From Haliotis cracherodii (taxonomy: Eukaryota), in the NCBI RefSeq assembly GCF_022045235.1, contig NW_027266297.1, positions 1,798,001 through 1,862,000 of the forward strand: a DNA stretch of 64,000 bases, read 5' to 3'. Made by a program: the position numbers and the translations under genes. A model generated the notes under the pieces. It was not told the DNA's origin. It did no database searches and saw nothing but the letters and a program-made list of their open reading frames with translations. Shown in pieces: positions 14,501-24,758 of the stretch (its first letter is position 1; every line of letters begins with the position of its first letter).

Positions 14501-17500
14501 GGAGCGAGTTTAGTATTTTATTTATTACTGGCCATTTATAACGTTTTTATATACTGTTGAATGTGAATAGGCTGACACCTACACGACCCACGGCATAATC
14601 CAACTGTGTTTAACACAGCAATACTTCAAATACGTCAAAAGTTGAAACGTATTAATTTAATACCATGCAACGGTCCACCTTTAGAATTCGGGTGTCCGTT
14701 CCACAAAATTATCGTAGCGTTAAGGTTATCGCAACTCATATACTTTAATTTAGACCAACGACTGTCGTTGCGCTACCGTACGATCGCCTTGTGGAACGGG
14801 GCCTTGCACCTCAATTTTACAATCACGTCACAATACCCGATGACGTAATTTGTGGAATTTTATTGCAAGAACCTTCGGCGAAACAATGCCATGTAACGTC
14901 AACCTAGCAACAAGGTTGCTGGGGTCATCGAGTGTACATAAGCTCCTCTCAGTGATCTATCATCTCCACACGCTACGTCGTTGAATAAGCCAAGGGATGT
15001 TGAGAGCTTTCAATGTTTGTTAGAGAAACGTGTTCCGAGAGTACATAAGAACGCGTTTTGGTATTACACAATTTGTAATACAGCTGTATGTTTATTAAAC
15101 GGGTGATCTCTTCACGGGCAAGTAATAAATGTTATTAGTGTCTATTTGATACTGACCACTGCCATTAAATTATTTATTGCCGTTGAATATTGTTGCGACT
15201 CTATTGTTTACTGCCATTGTAATTGCTGTGCATTTGTTTGTTTTGATTTGTAAACTTTGTGAATTGTGTAATACATTTGATGATTGTATGCCACTGGTTG
15301 ATTGTTGGTTTCACACTAACTTATGTTAAGTACAGATTTCTGGATTAACGTAATTATAGTTTCAGTTTGGGAATCGACACGTAACACATGCACATATGAA
15401 TATACACTCTGGTGTTGGATAAGCTAATGATTGTTTTAAATATTTGCTCTCATATAATGATAACCTCATACTATTAGATTAAAAAAAGGTGGATGTGGGC
15501 AATCTCTTTATACAAAGGATAATTTTTACAAATCAATGACCATCTTTGTAACTCGATCTTTCCATTTGTCTTTATCATTGTAAACCATTTTCAACTTCTG
15601 TGCATTGTGTCCATGAATAATTGTGGGAAGAGTTGTTTTCTTATTGGTGCTTAACGTCGCTCTCAGCAATATTCCTATATCATGATGACCTGTATAATGA
15701 CCTAGTGATTGATAGTATGAGCAACACATCCACGTAATTGGTGTACATTTTTTCACAATCAGCCGGTCAACACAATTTAAAAAGTCGCCTTGTACAAGTA
15801 TTATTGTTTTTTGGGTTGTTGTTTTTACGGACAGTCACGACTGCTCAATATCATTTGAGCTGTTTCTTTACACAACATATCCACATGGTACAAATTAATT
15901 AGGAAGACAACATACGAATAAACGGTAAAATAATATTCACACTTTAACTAAAACGTTATTGGGAATTCAGAGCGGAAAATCTTTTAAAAACATTTTTGGA
16001 AATTCTAAGTAGGAATTTTCTTTGGTATACATTTAACATGGCATAAATGTTAAGATTATGACAATTCCAGACTTTATAGTTAAGAACACAATGGGAAGTC
16101 AGAGTGGAAAGTTTTTCTTGGTTAACAATTAACAAGATGACAAAACAGTTAACATTGTGACAATGTCATACTTTGTTGTTAACAACGCATTTATTTCAGT
16201 TACCGCTCAACGGAACGGACTTCAACTCTACACCTCGGAAATGAATTCATCTGATCCAAAAGGGGGAGAGCTATGTCACACAGTCACTGTGCCCTGTGAC
16301 GGCACAGGCATCCCTGATGTACTGAATGTGATCTGTCACGGGACCTGGCACTACCTGACTGTCTACACTGAGACACGTAATTATGGATTGAGTCCTATGA
16401 TAGACTTTGCTGAGGTACAAGTGTGGAGTGAGTACTCTTCATTGACGCAAATGGTTGGGTTTATTCCATTTTTTAAATGTTTCTGAAACTTCATGTAGAA
16501 ATGACTGTTAACAGTGAATGAGTGGGTGAGTTGGGTTTAACGCCCCTTTAAACAGAATTTCAGTTATATCACGGCATATCAGCTTAATGTGGGAGCAAAG
16601 GCCAAAAAGATGCAGGTCTTTGGTGAACCCGACGAGCACGGATATGGTGCTGACAAACCTAGATACATAATCGGGGCGAACCGGGATTAGAACCCACAAT
16701 CATATGTTTCTGGTGTGCCCAAGGGACGCAACTCTGCACAGCGAATCTCGGCGCCTTGGACGACTGGGCCACACGGACCCTCTGACTGTTAACAAATATC
16801 CATCGAAATTTATGAAGTTTTTTATCCATACTATTTTGTACGATAGGTTATGAACGCTAAGAACATTTTATCAAAAAGCAAAACTGACCTCATCAAACAG
16901 TACAATTTTGACAACATTCAGGTTTCAATGATGTATTTGAGGAAAACATTGGATCCGGTGATCTTCGATGCGAATACCAGATTCGTCCCAATACTGAGTG
17001 CTTGCTGTCAGCACCGTATAATGCTCACGGGCTTCAACAAAGTGATAAAACAAACGGTGACCGTGATATAAATGAAATACAAGGGATACCAGAGATCACC
17101 CTGACATACTTGAAACGACAAATGTTATTCAGAACCGACTGTCAAATGTATGGTGTAAGATCCCGTTGATAATGAAGTCTGGTTGTTTCAATCATTGTAT
17201 GGAAATGACGCAATTTGGGCTGTGTTCATAATGGTTTTAAAGATTACAATAGCATTTGGATTTAATTGAAGTTATAAATCCTAGAAACTTTTACATAGCT
17301 ATCCCTCGTGATAAATTGAGAGCAACATTTAATTTTCAATCAACAGGGTTTTGGTGTGCATGAAAATAGTTGGGAACTTGTATTTATTCCAATTTTAATG
17401 GATGTGGTCAATTTGATAAAACTGAAAGTAACTCAACTCAGAAGTATTCAGAGTTGCAGGAATTCCTGATTGATAGAACATTTAGACAACTCCTCTCCTT

Positions 17501-20500
17501 GCTGATGTGTGACTATGTTATCAGCTACATACATGTCAATGCCAGAGAAAGATCAGTCTGCATCATCCGACACATTGAAAAGAAAGTTAGTTTCAGGAAA
17601 ACAGATGACATCATAGGTCATTTCTTACAACAATGTCAAGATAGTCACCACCTTATCTATCCACCAATGTTTGAAGTGAAGAACTAGAGTGAGTGAGTGA
17701 GTTGGGTTTAAGGCCGCTTTTAAAAGAATTCAATTTATATCACGGCGTGTCAGCTTAATGCAGGAGGAAAGCCCGAAGTGATGCAGGTTTTAGACGTTAA
17801 CCTGACAACCTAGAAATATAATTGGGGCGAACCGGGATTCGAACCCAAAATCATAGGTATCAGGCGTGCCCAAGGGACACAACTCTGCACAGCGAGTGGC
17901 GGCGGCCTAGACGACTGGGCCAACCGTGCCTCTGAACCAGCCGAGATACTATAATAGGCATCTTGATCAATGCATAGAAATTTAAGCTAGCAACCTCTGT
18001 ATCAAGCCGTATCACAAGAGGGATGATTTCGATTCTCCCAGTTTGTTTACCCTCCGTGCTTGACAACATACTGACCCATACTGTGACGTTCACATGGAGT
18101 TGTCACACCTCCTTACTCATTCATCTTTACTTTAATGGTGACTAGGTTGACAGCATTGCATAGTATCATGGTTCAACGATACTGAACACAGGCTTTTTCT
18201 GGTCCAGACTACATTGTTTACAGGTGGCTGTCGGATGGTATGAATAATGCTGTTTGCGATGGACGAAAAAACCTCCCCCCCAAAAACGCTTACTTTTTTA
18301 ATAAAAATGTGTCGGGGGCTGCCATGAGAGCAGGGCATGCTTACTCTTTTCGCAAACACTCGGAATTAACACCCATTTTCATTGTCCCTTCATATTACTT
18401 TCATCACTATTTTGTCTTTTACACCAAACGGATTCTGTATGGGAAGATAATCGAGACTAATTATTCTCAGGCGTTGACGTTTTGAATTTACCTTTTCAAA
18501 CGATTGTCATTGATGTTTGTGTCAATGTTTCTCATAGTGCACATATTAATCACATACATACAATTCAGTTTGCAGCTCTGAAAAGTATGGTTATAACTGT
18601 GCCAGAAACTACAGCTCCCAGCATTGTAAAAAGTCTTTCCCTACACATGACCGAGTCAGTGGTGAGTGCAGTGATGGTTGTCAGGATGGTTGGATGGGTT
18701 CGGACTGCACTGAAGGTAATTTTACAATCTCAAGTGTATGCCACCTCTGTTTGACAATGATGTTGATGACCATTTTGCATTTCTTTGCTGAAGGAAAGCT
18801 TAGATTTTCATAATAATTATGAAAGCCTTCGTTTTTCTGTATGCATGTTATGTATATTCATCTAAATGATGGCAGCATACATTTAAAGCAATGCCATTAT
18901 TTGATTTCTCAAAATACTTTTTAGCATCATCATTCAGATCCTTCTGATACAAATAGCGATCAAATGAAATAGTAATGTCTCAAATGCTGAGAGAGAAGCG
19001 CCGAGCAGCTCAAAACAGATAGGTTGATTATTTGATAAAAGGCTGGGGCAATAGCTATCGTAAAAATAAACAATCTTAAGTTTGCAGTTGCACAATACAT
19101 ACTCTTGACGTTTTTTTTTATTATTCACCAGAGTCCACAAAGGGAAATACTATAATTTGTCACATTAAAATTTCAGAAAAAAAACAACAATTTCATTTTC
19201 CTATACGAATTCCATTTCATCCAGGTTGTTCAATTATACGAACGTATTGCAAAACGTGGACTCGGCAGCTCATAATGTAAATTCCACTACTTGTGGCTGC
19301 CTACGAATCATCACAATGCTACCAACCAGTAGGTAATATAATCACTGGTGACTTCTCTATTGTTTAAATATGGATCAAAATATCCTGAGTAGCTTAGTAT
19401 ATTGATGTGGGTCACAACTTTAAAATCATTATGGCTGCTGTCGAAACATATGCCAAAAATTGGCCAAAAGAGGTGAAAAATCTGGAATGTCTTTCAAAGT
19501 GGGTTAACTCTGCGCGTAGAATGCACAAACGTGAAATAGAGAAAACAGAATTGGAACAAACCCGCTCTGTTCCTGCCAAAGTCTGGCTGCCCAACATAAA
19601 AACTTTGTAGTTTTCCCACTGCCATGGCCTCAAGTTTAATAATCATATGTTATCATTACTACAATACATATTTGATTAAAGAACTTAAGTGACATCTCAG
19701 ATAATGCTGCATTTAAGGTCAGTTTGTTAACTGCGGAAAAAAGAGACAAAACCATTTCCATATCCAATAGAAATCAGGCATTGTTGAATTACGACTATAC
19801 CATGAACATATGTTTATTAATCACTATCAAATAGTATTGATACCAGGCGATCGCGAAAAGGTGAGCGCATCCTGCCCCACCGGTGGCACCCGTCACAAAC
19901 ACATGCAAACGCAATTCAATTGTTCACCTGAAAAAAAACATGGGAATACAACGTGCAAGTCAAAATAGGGAATTGCATCGGACATCATTTTTGTCACTGA
20001 TGCGTAAAATTTGGAAATGTCCTCCCCATGTCTACCACAAAACTTTACTTTACTGAGGCCTTGAATGTTGTTACATTGATCAAACAACTCCTGAGCAAGA
20101 GTTCTATGACTCTCTTTTGATTCTTGGTGGAATGAGCATGCTAAACCTGCCATAACCATGTATCACTTCTATAACTTGACGCTAAGACCTGAAGACATGT
20201 CCAGCAATATTTTATACTGGCTTCCAAAGCTCAGAAAAAATATGTACAATGAGAGATATATTGCTTGGTCCAGCAAATAAGCTACCTAATTCCTGTTTCA
20301 AAGATTAAACATAATCCTTGATACTGTCAAGGAAGGACTTTCTTTATGTTCGTTGGAAGTATTTGAGACAGGGGGAACTAATTCCATACCATGTGAATTA
20401 TGAAGAACTCAAAGCATTTGTTTACAGTTTTGCAATCACAGAAAGAACTAAGTTCAATGCTCTCAAAATATATGATTTTTAAAACGTTTTAGACCACTAT

Positions 20501-23500
20501 TCCATGCCACATAGCAAACTTCATTCCTTGATCGATAGGGCATTTGTTACTAAACGTGGTTACGTATCCATCTTCAGAGGTTCAGCTCAATTTGTCAGAA
20601 ATGAAAGCAAATGCCATCTCAAGCTGCTAAGAAAACAATATGTGACAGTATGGACTTGTTCATTGATAAAATGTGAGGGTGAGACATTAAGCCAAGAAGT
20701 AAGCATCCCCATTCTTGCTGATCTGTTTGTTATTCTCAAGATTCACACGAATGACTTGCTGCTCGAAGTGGCAAAGTCAAAACAAGGTAATTTGGCCATA
20801 TCGACGATATTTCTAGATAGTAAATCCTTACCTGAATCCATGTTACTCCTAACAGCCTTATCCTTAGAAGCTGGAACACAAGGCAGATCACCTCTTGTCA
20901 CACCCTGTCACCTCTCATATACATTTCACATTCAAGTACTGCCATCTATCTAGGGATGCTAGATGGCAGATCGCACCGGCCCTCCAGTGTATTTTGGCTG
21001 TGATGTAATATAGGTAGGGTATTCAACAGATTTTTCAAACAGTAGTTACCATTTTGTATAATTCTAAGTATACTACCTGTTGAAAATCTAAATACATGTT
21101 TAATGTGATTGACAGGCAAAACGGAAATAGTGGCAATGATGTAATATAGGTAGTATTCTTAGAATAATACACAATGATAACTTATGTTTGATTCCCCTCA
21201 CTCACCGAAAGGTGTCATAAATATTCATAGTCAGTATATAGACACGAATTAGACGTGTTTCTGAATCAGTGTGTGACTCTGGAAAATACGGCCCTGACTG
21301 TGGCAGAAACTGCAACTCTCGCCATTGTAAGACATCTTCCTCTACTTGTGACCGAGCCAGCGGAGAGTGTCCAGCAGGTGGATGCCAGGATGGTTGGATG
21401 GGAACAGACTGTTCTGAAGGTAATATAATATACATATTTTCTAGATAGTAAATCCTTACCTGAATCCATGTTACTCCTAACAGCCTTATCCTTAGAAGCT
21501 GGAATACAAGGCAGATCACCTCTTTTCACACCCTGTCACCTCCCATATACATTTCACATTCAAGTATTGCCATCTATTTAGGGATGGTAGATGCCAGATC
21601 GCACCGGCCCTCCAGTGTATTTTGGCTGTGATGTAATATAGGTAGGGTATTCAAAGGATTTTTCAAACAATTGTTACCATTTTGTATAATTCTAAGAATA
21701 CTACCTGTTGAAAATCGAAATATATGTATAATGTGATTGGCAGACAAAACGGGAATAGTGGTAATGATGTAATAGCGGTAGTATTCTTAGAATAAAACAC
21801 AATGATAACTCATGTTTGATTTCTCTCACTCACCGAAAGGTGTCATAATATATTCATAGTCAGTAGACATACACGAATTTGACGTGTTTCTGAATCAGTG
21901 TGTGACTCTGGAAAATACGGCCCTGATTGTGGCAGAAACTGCAACTCTCGCCATTGTAAGACATCTTCCTCTACTTGTGACCGAGCCAGCGGAGAGTGTC
22001 CAGCAGGTAGATGCCAGGATGGTTGGATGGGAACAGACTGCTCCGAAGGTAACATTGTATACATATTTTCTAGATCCTTACCTGAATCCAAGTTACTCCT
22101 TACAACCTTATCCTTAGAAGCTGGAATACAAGGCAGATCACCTCTTGTCACACCCTGTCACCTCCCGTATACATTTCACATTCAAGTACTGCCATCTATC
22201 TAGGGATGCTAGATGCCAGCTCGCACCTGCCCTCTGGTGTATTTTGGCTATGATGTAATATAGGTAGGATATTTAAAGGAATTTTCAAACAATGGTTATC
22301 ATTGTGTATAATTTCGTAAAACGCTACTTCCGACCGTGTCAGCGGAGAGTGTCCAGCGGGTGGATGTCATTATGGTCGGATGGGAACCAACTGCTCTGAA
22401 TTGTAACGTATACACATTTTCTAAGGTTGTGAGGGTGTCAAATGGTGTTCTCTTGCTGATCCAGTTACAGTGGTGGAAGGAAGTATGTTTTTTGTCTAAG
22501 AAATAAACAACCTTCGCTATTTGATCGTTCATTTTCTATTTTCTCGTAATTTGTATTACATCTATATGGATGGGATTTCATAATGTTTCCATTTATGCAA
22601 TGTACGCTACATATATTTCAACGTTACTCTGAAAATGCAAACCTTGCTAATGTCTGAATGCATTTATTTGATCTAGGCTGCCTGGATGGTCAATTTGGGG
22701 AAGGGTGTATGTTTGGATGTGCTGACCGGCATTGCAAGGGTACAAGCTCTTGTCCTGCTGATGGTGTCTGTAGTGGAGGGTGCCAGGAGGGATGGACACT
22801 AGACAACTGTACACAAGGTATGTTTGTGTGTTGTTTATGGACAGATCCTACATAACGTTTTTCCATCTGTACAACATAATTCGATTTCATGCGAAATTTA
22901 CTACATCTCAACCTCTTGTCTTTTAGTACAATATATACTCTTTAAAGAAGTAGGGGATCATTAAATATAAATGTCAATGCCAAGTATTTGAGCGAAGACA
23001 AGTGGTGCAATAACACTCTATGCAATAACGTTTATGTATATAAAAACTTAACCCCCAAAACGTCCGTTTGCACGTGCCTCACGAAGTGACGCAACACATG
23101 TGCGTAGATAGTCATTCCTGATTTTGACACTTTCAAGAATGGTCGATTAATCTCTGTGATTCCGCATATCAGTCACAGAAACTGACAAGAGTCAGCGTGT
23201 AGAGGGCAGTACCTTCAATGTTTTAGTCTGTGATTCACAGACATTTGAACCAACAAACTCAAATGTTGACGATCGAACCCGTTCAGAACGTCCCAGGTCA
23301 ACGACAAGAGTACTGAATCGATTGATCCAATACAAGGCTCAAAGAAATCAAATCAAGCAAAACAGCGAATCCAATTTCTGCAAACGTCATCAGGCTACTG
23401 GAGTACTAGTTATAGGGCAGCCGATTGCAACGTGTCTACATGCAGCTCATCTCCACCGACACGTGTTGTGAAGGCCAATTGCAAAGCGTGATATTGCCAA

Positions 23501-24758
23501 GAGACCTTAATGCTGTGATCACGTCAAAACTTGGGTAATCATCGGTGGTCATGTGTCATAATTTCAGATTCCCGTTTTGTCTACACTTCCTTGATAGTCG
23601 TGGTCGTGTCTGGAGAGGTCGAAATGACCTTCAAGTCAATGTCAACCTGAGACTTCCTGAGAGATTTGACTGTGGATTGGTTATTGTGATTGTTTGCATT
23701 ACTGTGACTAAGCGTACCATTACATATTGTGAAAGGAATGATCACTGGACAGTACTAACACCCTTTGGTGTTCACTTTGCAAGGCGTGTGGTCAACGTTT
23801 TGTCTTTCAGGACGACATGTACAACGCCCGTGCTCGTTGTGCATGAGCCGTCAATGCTTACCTCGATCATTCCAACATCCATAGAATACAATGTTAAACA
23901 ATAAGCCCAGACCTGGGACATGATAGGAAGACATGTGAGTCAATATCATAGGCCGCCGACAACGTCGGCTGAACTTTGCCAGGTGCTGCAAATCGCCATT
24001 GGGAGACCCATAAGCTGATCCCAAAAAGTGGCACCATTAAGTCACTGGATTTCACTGGCGGTCATCAAGATCAATGGCGGTCATAACAACTCCTGTCATA
24101 CTTTGCTACCGGTCCTAATGTGTTCCCAATTCGTTCCCTATTATCATACATGTACAACTATTACTATTTTGGAAATTTAAAGTTATTTTCGAGCATCCCA
24201 TTTTTCTTTTGAAGAGTATATAGAACACAAGAAAACTTAACTTTTATTTTACTATTTTACACGTGTCTGTTTTTTAACAGAATTACAGGTAGATTCTACC
24301 CTCACGCGAACTTCTGCTGGCATAATTGGTCTAGCTGCGGGGATTGTCCTCACTCTGATCTTGGCCGGTGGACTCTATGTGTGTCTTGTAAGGCGAGGCA
24401 GGTAAGTCAACCCTACACACGCAACCATTTGCCTATACGGATTGTCCTTTGCAAAAGCCACTGTCGTGACTGAATTACGTTTTACATTATACGTCACAGG
24501 TTGTTGTGGAGAAACTCATCTCGGGAGGAAGGTGTGAATGTCGTGATGGGATCAGTTCACAGGAACAGTGCACATGAAGTGGACACAGCTGTGTCGGAGC
24601 AAGGTGATCCCAACATCTCCAACAGCGACTATGCTGCTCTGGATGTGGAGACAGAAGCTGAGAATGACTATGCCGCCCTCGATGAACGGACTGTGACGTC
24701 GCAAGTTTACGAAAATGTATATAAAATATATAGAACAGAACATAAGTCACCATGCTGA
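2525..24758 (+). CDS. Gene 1: F-type lectin (fucolectin) domain / multiple-EGF (MEGF10/Draper/SREC-like) transmembrane receptor, ~685 aa, SP-FTLD-EGF-FTLD-EGFx4-TM-tail with Tyr motifs
   Basis: Exons 2525-2576 (tentative), 11484-11699, 12630-12857, 13414-13563, 13945-14160, 16200-16427, 18569-18715, 21270-21419, 21899-22048, 22677-22817, 24281-24401 and 24500-24758 have AG/GT ends and join into one open frame of 2058 nt. Confidence 0.8.
2640..4765 (-). mobile_element. Decayed L1/Tx1-clade LINE ORF2 (3' part)
   Basis: Minus-strand remnants QLEGDYAYEEIVRGLKCLNN-KS-G..FTNEFLKF, RPISLL and a C-terminal WFQY.ILHHILPTN (zf-RVT-like); many stops. Confidence 0.75.
4993..6042 (-). CDS. Tyrosine recombinase of YR retrotransposon
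   Basis: Catalytic set present: FLRKS (R), HTKT (K), GHSFRRGG (HxxR), GDW and YERY (Y); overlaps the RNase H 3' end. Confidence 0.95.
   Translation of the reverse strand: MLQEVYSSASILTRIQTNFVLSTGQVAQQWRHLYSEMQQFRRATYAETTKRTYSSMKTAYLRFCLYFSRTPVPADRMTVLLYRVFLTRSLSATSIPGYMNIIRLLHLEVGLPNPLETWEQKALHKGILRLKGTPTKQKLPIKPDILRRMHSHMDMSEPFLVAFWAACIIAFFCFLRKSTMLPETRGSGSRKQTYLSLHDAKISPDKDSAMITVRHTKTIQFGQRVLKLPLAREPDSVLCPVKALEHLLSQYSEELQHSNAPLFSYVDRSGVLKSLTYRSFVKTLKYYLDKCGYDSGAYSGHSFRRGGCSYAFDIGIPPLLIKLRGDWRSNAYERYVTVYAQSLSAGIVN
5874..7631 (-). CDS. pol: Reverse transcriptase / RNase H of YR retrotransposon
   Basis: VRLIHDCS, KLDLKNAY, LPFG and YLDD motifs; RNase H residues TDAC, INVKEL, YTDN, ADSLSR. 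No AUG at the ORF start. Confidence 0.95.
   Translation of the reverse strand: MNTRISHHGFVPINNKVSSPIGNCTNVWERELEEDSDCEFLIDGIKNGFWIIEKNVTISDVLCKNYKSATDESVRTVVEDQISEEISRGNYVIVDRKPKLVSSLGAIPKGTGKVRLIHDCSRPCDLSLNDYATTQSFKYQTIDEAIKLLPRGGYMAKLDLKNAYRVVPLHPDCYEATGLLWQFKNSRLPVYMIDTKLPFGASKSPEIFSRLSSSVRRMLRRRGFVVVVYLDDFLCIAKTNSECWKAFRTLRRLLTDLGFAINESKTVEPTQKLTFLGIEIDSTTCTLSLPADKLLDLKHILGKWVTKKKATKRQLQEIVGKLNWAAQVVHGGRTFMRRLIDLCNTLKKPNHHTRLNVCAKADIKWWHEFCECFNGTVKFIENEPVPAAKFSTDACSDGGAACFGPDWVYYNWHTDFPFVEHLHINVKELFTVYLAVKRWCVTWTDKHIIVYTDNTYTMHTLNKGTSRDRLAMRWLRKIFWFSAVYNFKFSARYIPGKDNLAADSLSRLHNVTFLYISIQFIPFYWLCCETCYRKYILVPASSHVSKLTLSYLQGKWLNSGDTYIARCSSFDGQHMPKLLSAHIPQ
7585..8607 (-). CDS. gag: Gag-like ORF1 of YR retrotransposon
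   Basis: First ATG at 8607; C-terminal Cys/His fingers ICINYQHPSGCKFPNCKYAHTCIVPGCKQRHPQFEH; directly upstream of RT. Confidence 0.85.
   Translation of the reverse strand: MSVNNKGEGNEQPSQFDFRQWCSDSHLNSKTAQILNDEDIDSPDALCLMSLDDITELRLSVGQWNILIQAIKQLKSPQPVQSLPSPVTTKTLAGDKQLSDLVNSLSDVHLKDFLDHTTSLDMGQPGNASLQGRGEKPLLIPDFVSKPRSSMTSEETPIVGDGSAQLYLRSSRGKPLPEHVPLSQWVSANVRILSKLIDHRKAGIDEIKDYLEYSAQIGDLCQTYTIPSVMLLDNAHRLRQAQTQCGWSEISFHDLFYFLEKRTFQPRKANSFQNAHSSSQSDNRPTDESGRSICINYQHPSGCKFPNCKYAHTCIVPGCKQRHPQFEHQDIPPRFRTYKQ
8936..9090 (-). mobile_element. Upstream piece of the same L1/Tx1 LINE
   Basis: LIEKGEKQNLLFWGLESRNVLNKSFTRIE resembles the L1 ORF2 W.E.GEK.TKYF..LE.RN linker that precedes the segment resuming at ~4765. 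Confidence 0.65.
9642..9890 (+). mobile_element. SINE-like family B copy (degenerate)
   Basis: Matches the 39771-40052 copy, ending gcggcgttaaacaat plus an A-rich tail. Confidence 0.75.
10347..10953 (+). mobile_element. Non-autonomous Helentron/HINE (pearl-like) MITE
   Basis: ACAAGAG start, subterminal ATCCCCCGCC, ~2.5 tandem ~169-bp core repeats, (GGAC)n microsatellite and terminal hairpin ATCCCCCGCC...GGCGGGGGAT. Confidence 0.75.
11484..11699 (+). CDS. Gene 1 F-type lectin domain 1, N-half exon
   Basis: NVALNKPA..AS.AVDG..SAHT..WWKVDL..IYFRRD; 216 nt, phase 1-1. Confidence 0.9.
12630..12857 (+). CDS. Gene 1 F-type lectin domain 1, C-half exon
   Basis: TARRNGLQLY..C..C.GTWRFLTVY..LDFVEVQV; 228 nt, phase 1-1. 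Confidence 0.9.
13414..13563 (+). CDS. Gene 1 EGF-like exon 1
   Basis: CPTGDYGPDC...GCQDGWTGTDC, 8 Cys, 150 nt. Confidence 0.9.
13945..14160 (+). CDS. Gene 1 F-type lectin domain 2, N-half exon
   Basis: Paralogous to 11484-11699; 216 nt. Confidence 0.9.
14370..15130. mobile_element. Foldback/MITE-like element with ~145-bp terminal palindrome and a nested small TIR element (~14690-14804)
   Basis: AATACTAAAC..CTCCCGTGTAA.ACCAATTTTATGAAAC pairs with its reverse complement ending ~14518; the inner element has CCGTTCCACAA/TTGTGGAACGG ends. Confidence 0.55.
16200..16427 (+). CDS. Gene 1 F-type lectin domain 2, C-half exon
   Basis: Paralogous to 12630-12857; 228 nt. Confidence 0.9.
16514..16782 (-). 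mobile_element. tRNA-derived SINE
   Basis: A/B-box-like head on minus, (ACTC)-type tail, 12-bp TSD TGACTGTTAACA at 16502-16513 and 16783-16794. Confidence 0.8.
17688..17932 (-). mobile_element. tRNA-derived SINE, same family as 16514-16782
   Basis: GGTTCGAATCC B box on minus; (GAGT)n tail. Confidence 0.8.
18569..18715 (+). CDS. Gene 1 EGF-like exon 2 (6 Cys)
   Basis: CSSEKYGYNCARNYSSQHC...GCQDGWMGSDC; 147 nt, open frame, AG/GT ends. Confidence 0.85.
19190..20790 (+). mobile_element. Decayed Penelope-like element RT, with an inverted 3'-end segment at ~19850-20160
   Basis: Remnants IITGDFSIV, LYWLPKLRKN..RYIA, YDF..TTIP and ILADLF; the inner minus-strand piece matches 36070-36360. Confidence 0.65.
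21270..21419 (+). CDS. Gene 1 EGF-like exon 3
   Basis: CDSGKYGPDC...GCQDGWMGTDC; 150 nt. Confidence 0.9.
21899..22048 (+). CDS. Gene 1 EGF-like exon 4
   Basis: Near-identical copy of exon 21270-21419. Confidence 0.88.
22677..22817 (+). CDS. Gene 1 EGF-like exon 5
   Basis: CLDGQFGEGC...GCQEGWTLDNC; 141 nt. Confidence 0.88.
22936..24218 (+). mobile_element. Decayed Tc1/mariner DNA transposon
   Basis: Inverted ends TACTCTTTAAAG / TTTTGAAGAGTA flanked by TA; transposase relics RPRSTT, SRFCLHFLDSRGRVWR and WDMIGR. Confidence 0.75.
24281..24401 (+). CDS. Gene 1 transmembrane exon
   Basis: GIIGLAAGIVLTLILAGGLYVCLV followed by RRGR; donor GTAAGT, phase 2. Confidence 0.88.
24500..24758 (+). CDS. 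Gene 1 cytoplasmic tail exon
   Basis: In frame with the TM exon; SDYAAL, NDYAAL and VYENV motifs. Confidence 0.85.

Larger units (their letters stand above)
20810..22410 (+). repeat. Tandem ~629-bp intron+EGF-exon duplication (about 2.5 units)
   Basis: Intron block TTCTAGA..ATCCTTACCTGAATCC recurs at ~20810, ~21440 and ~22068; exons at 21270 and 21899 are nearly identical. Confidence 0.9.
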
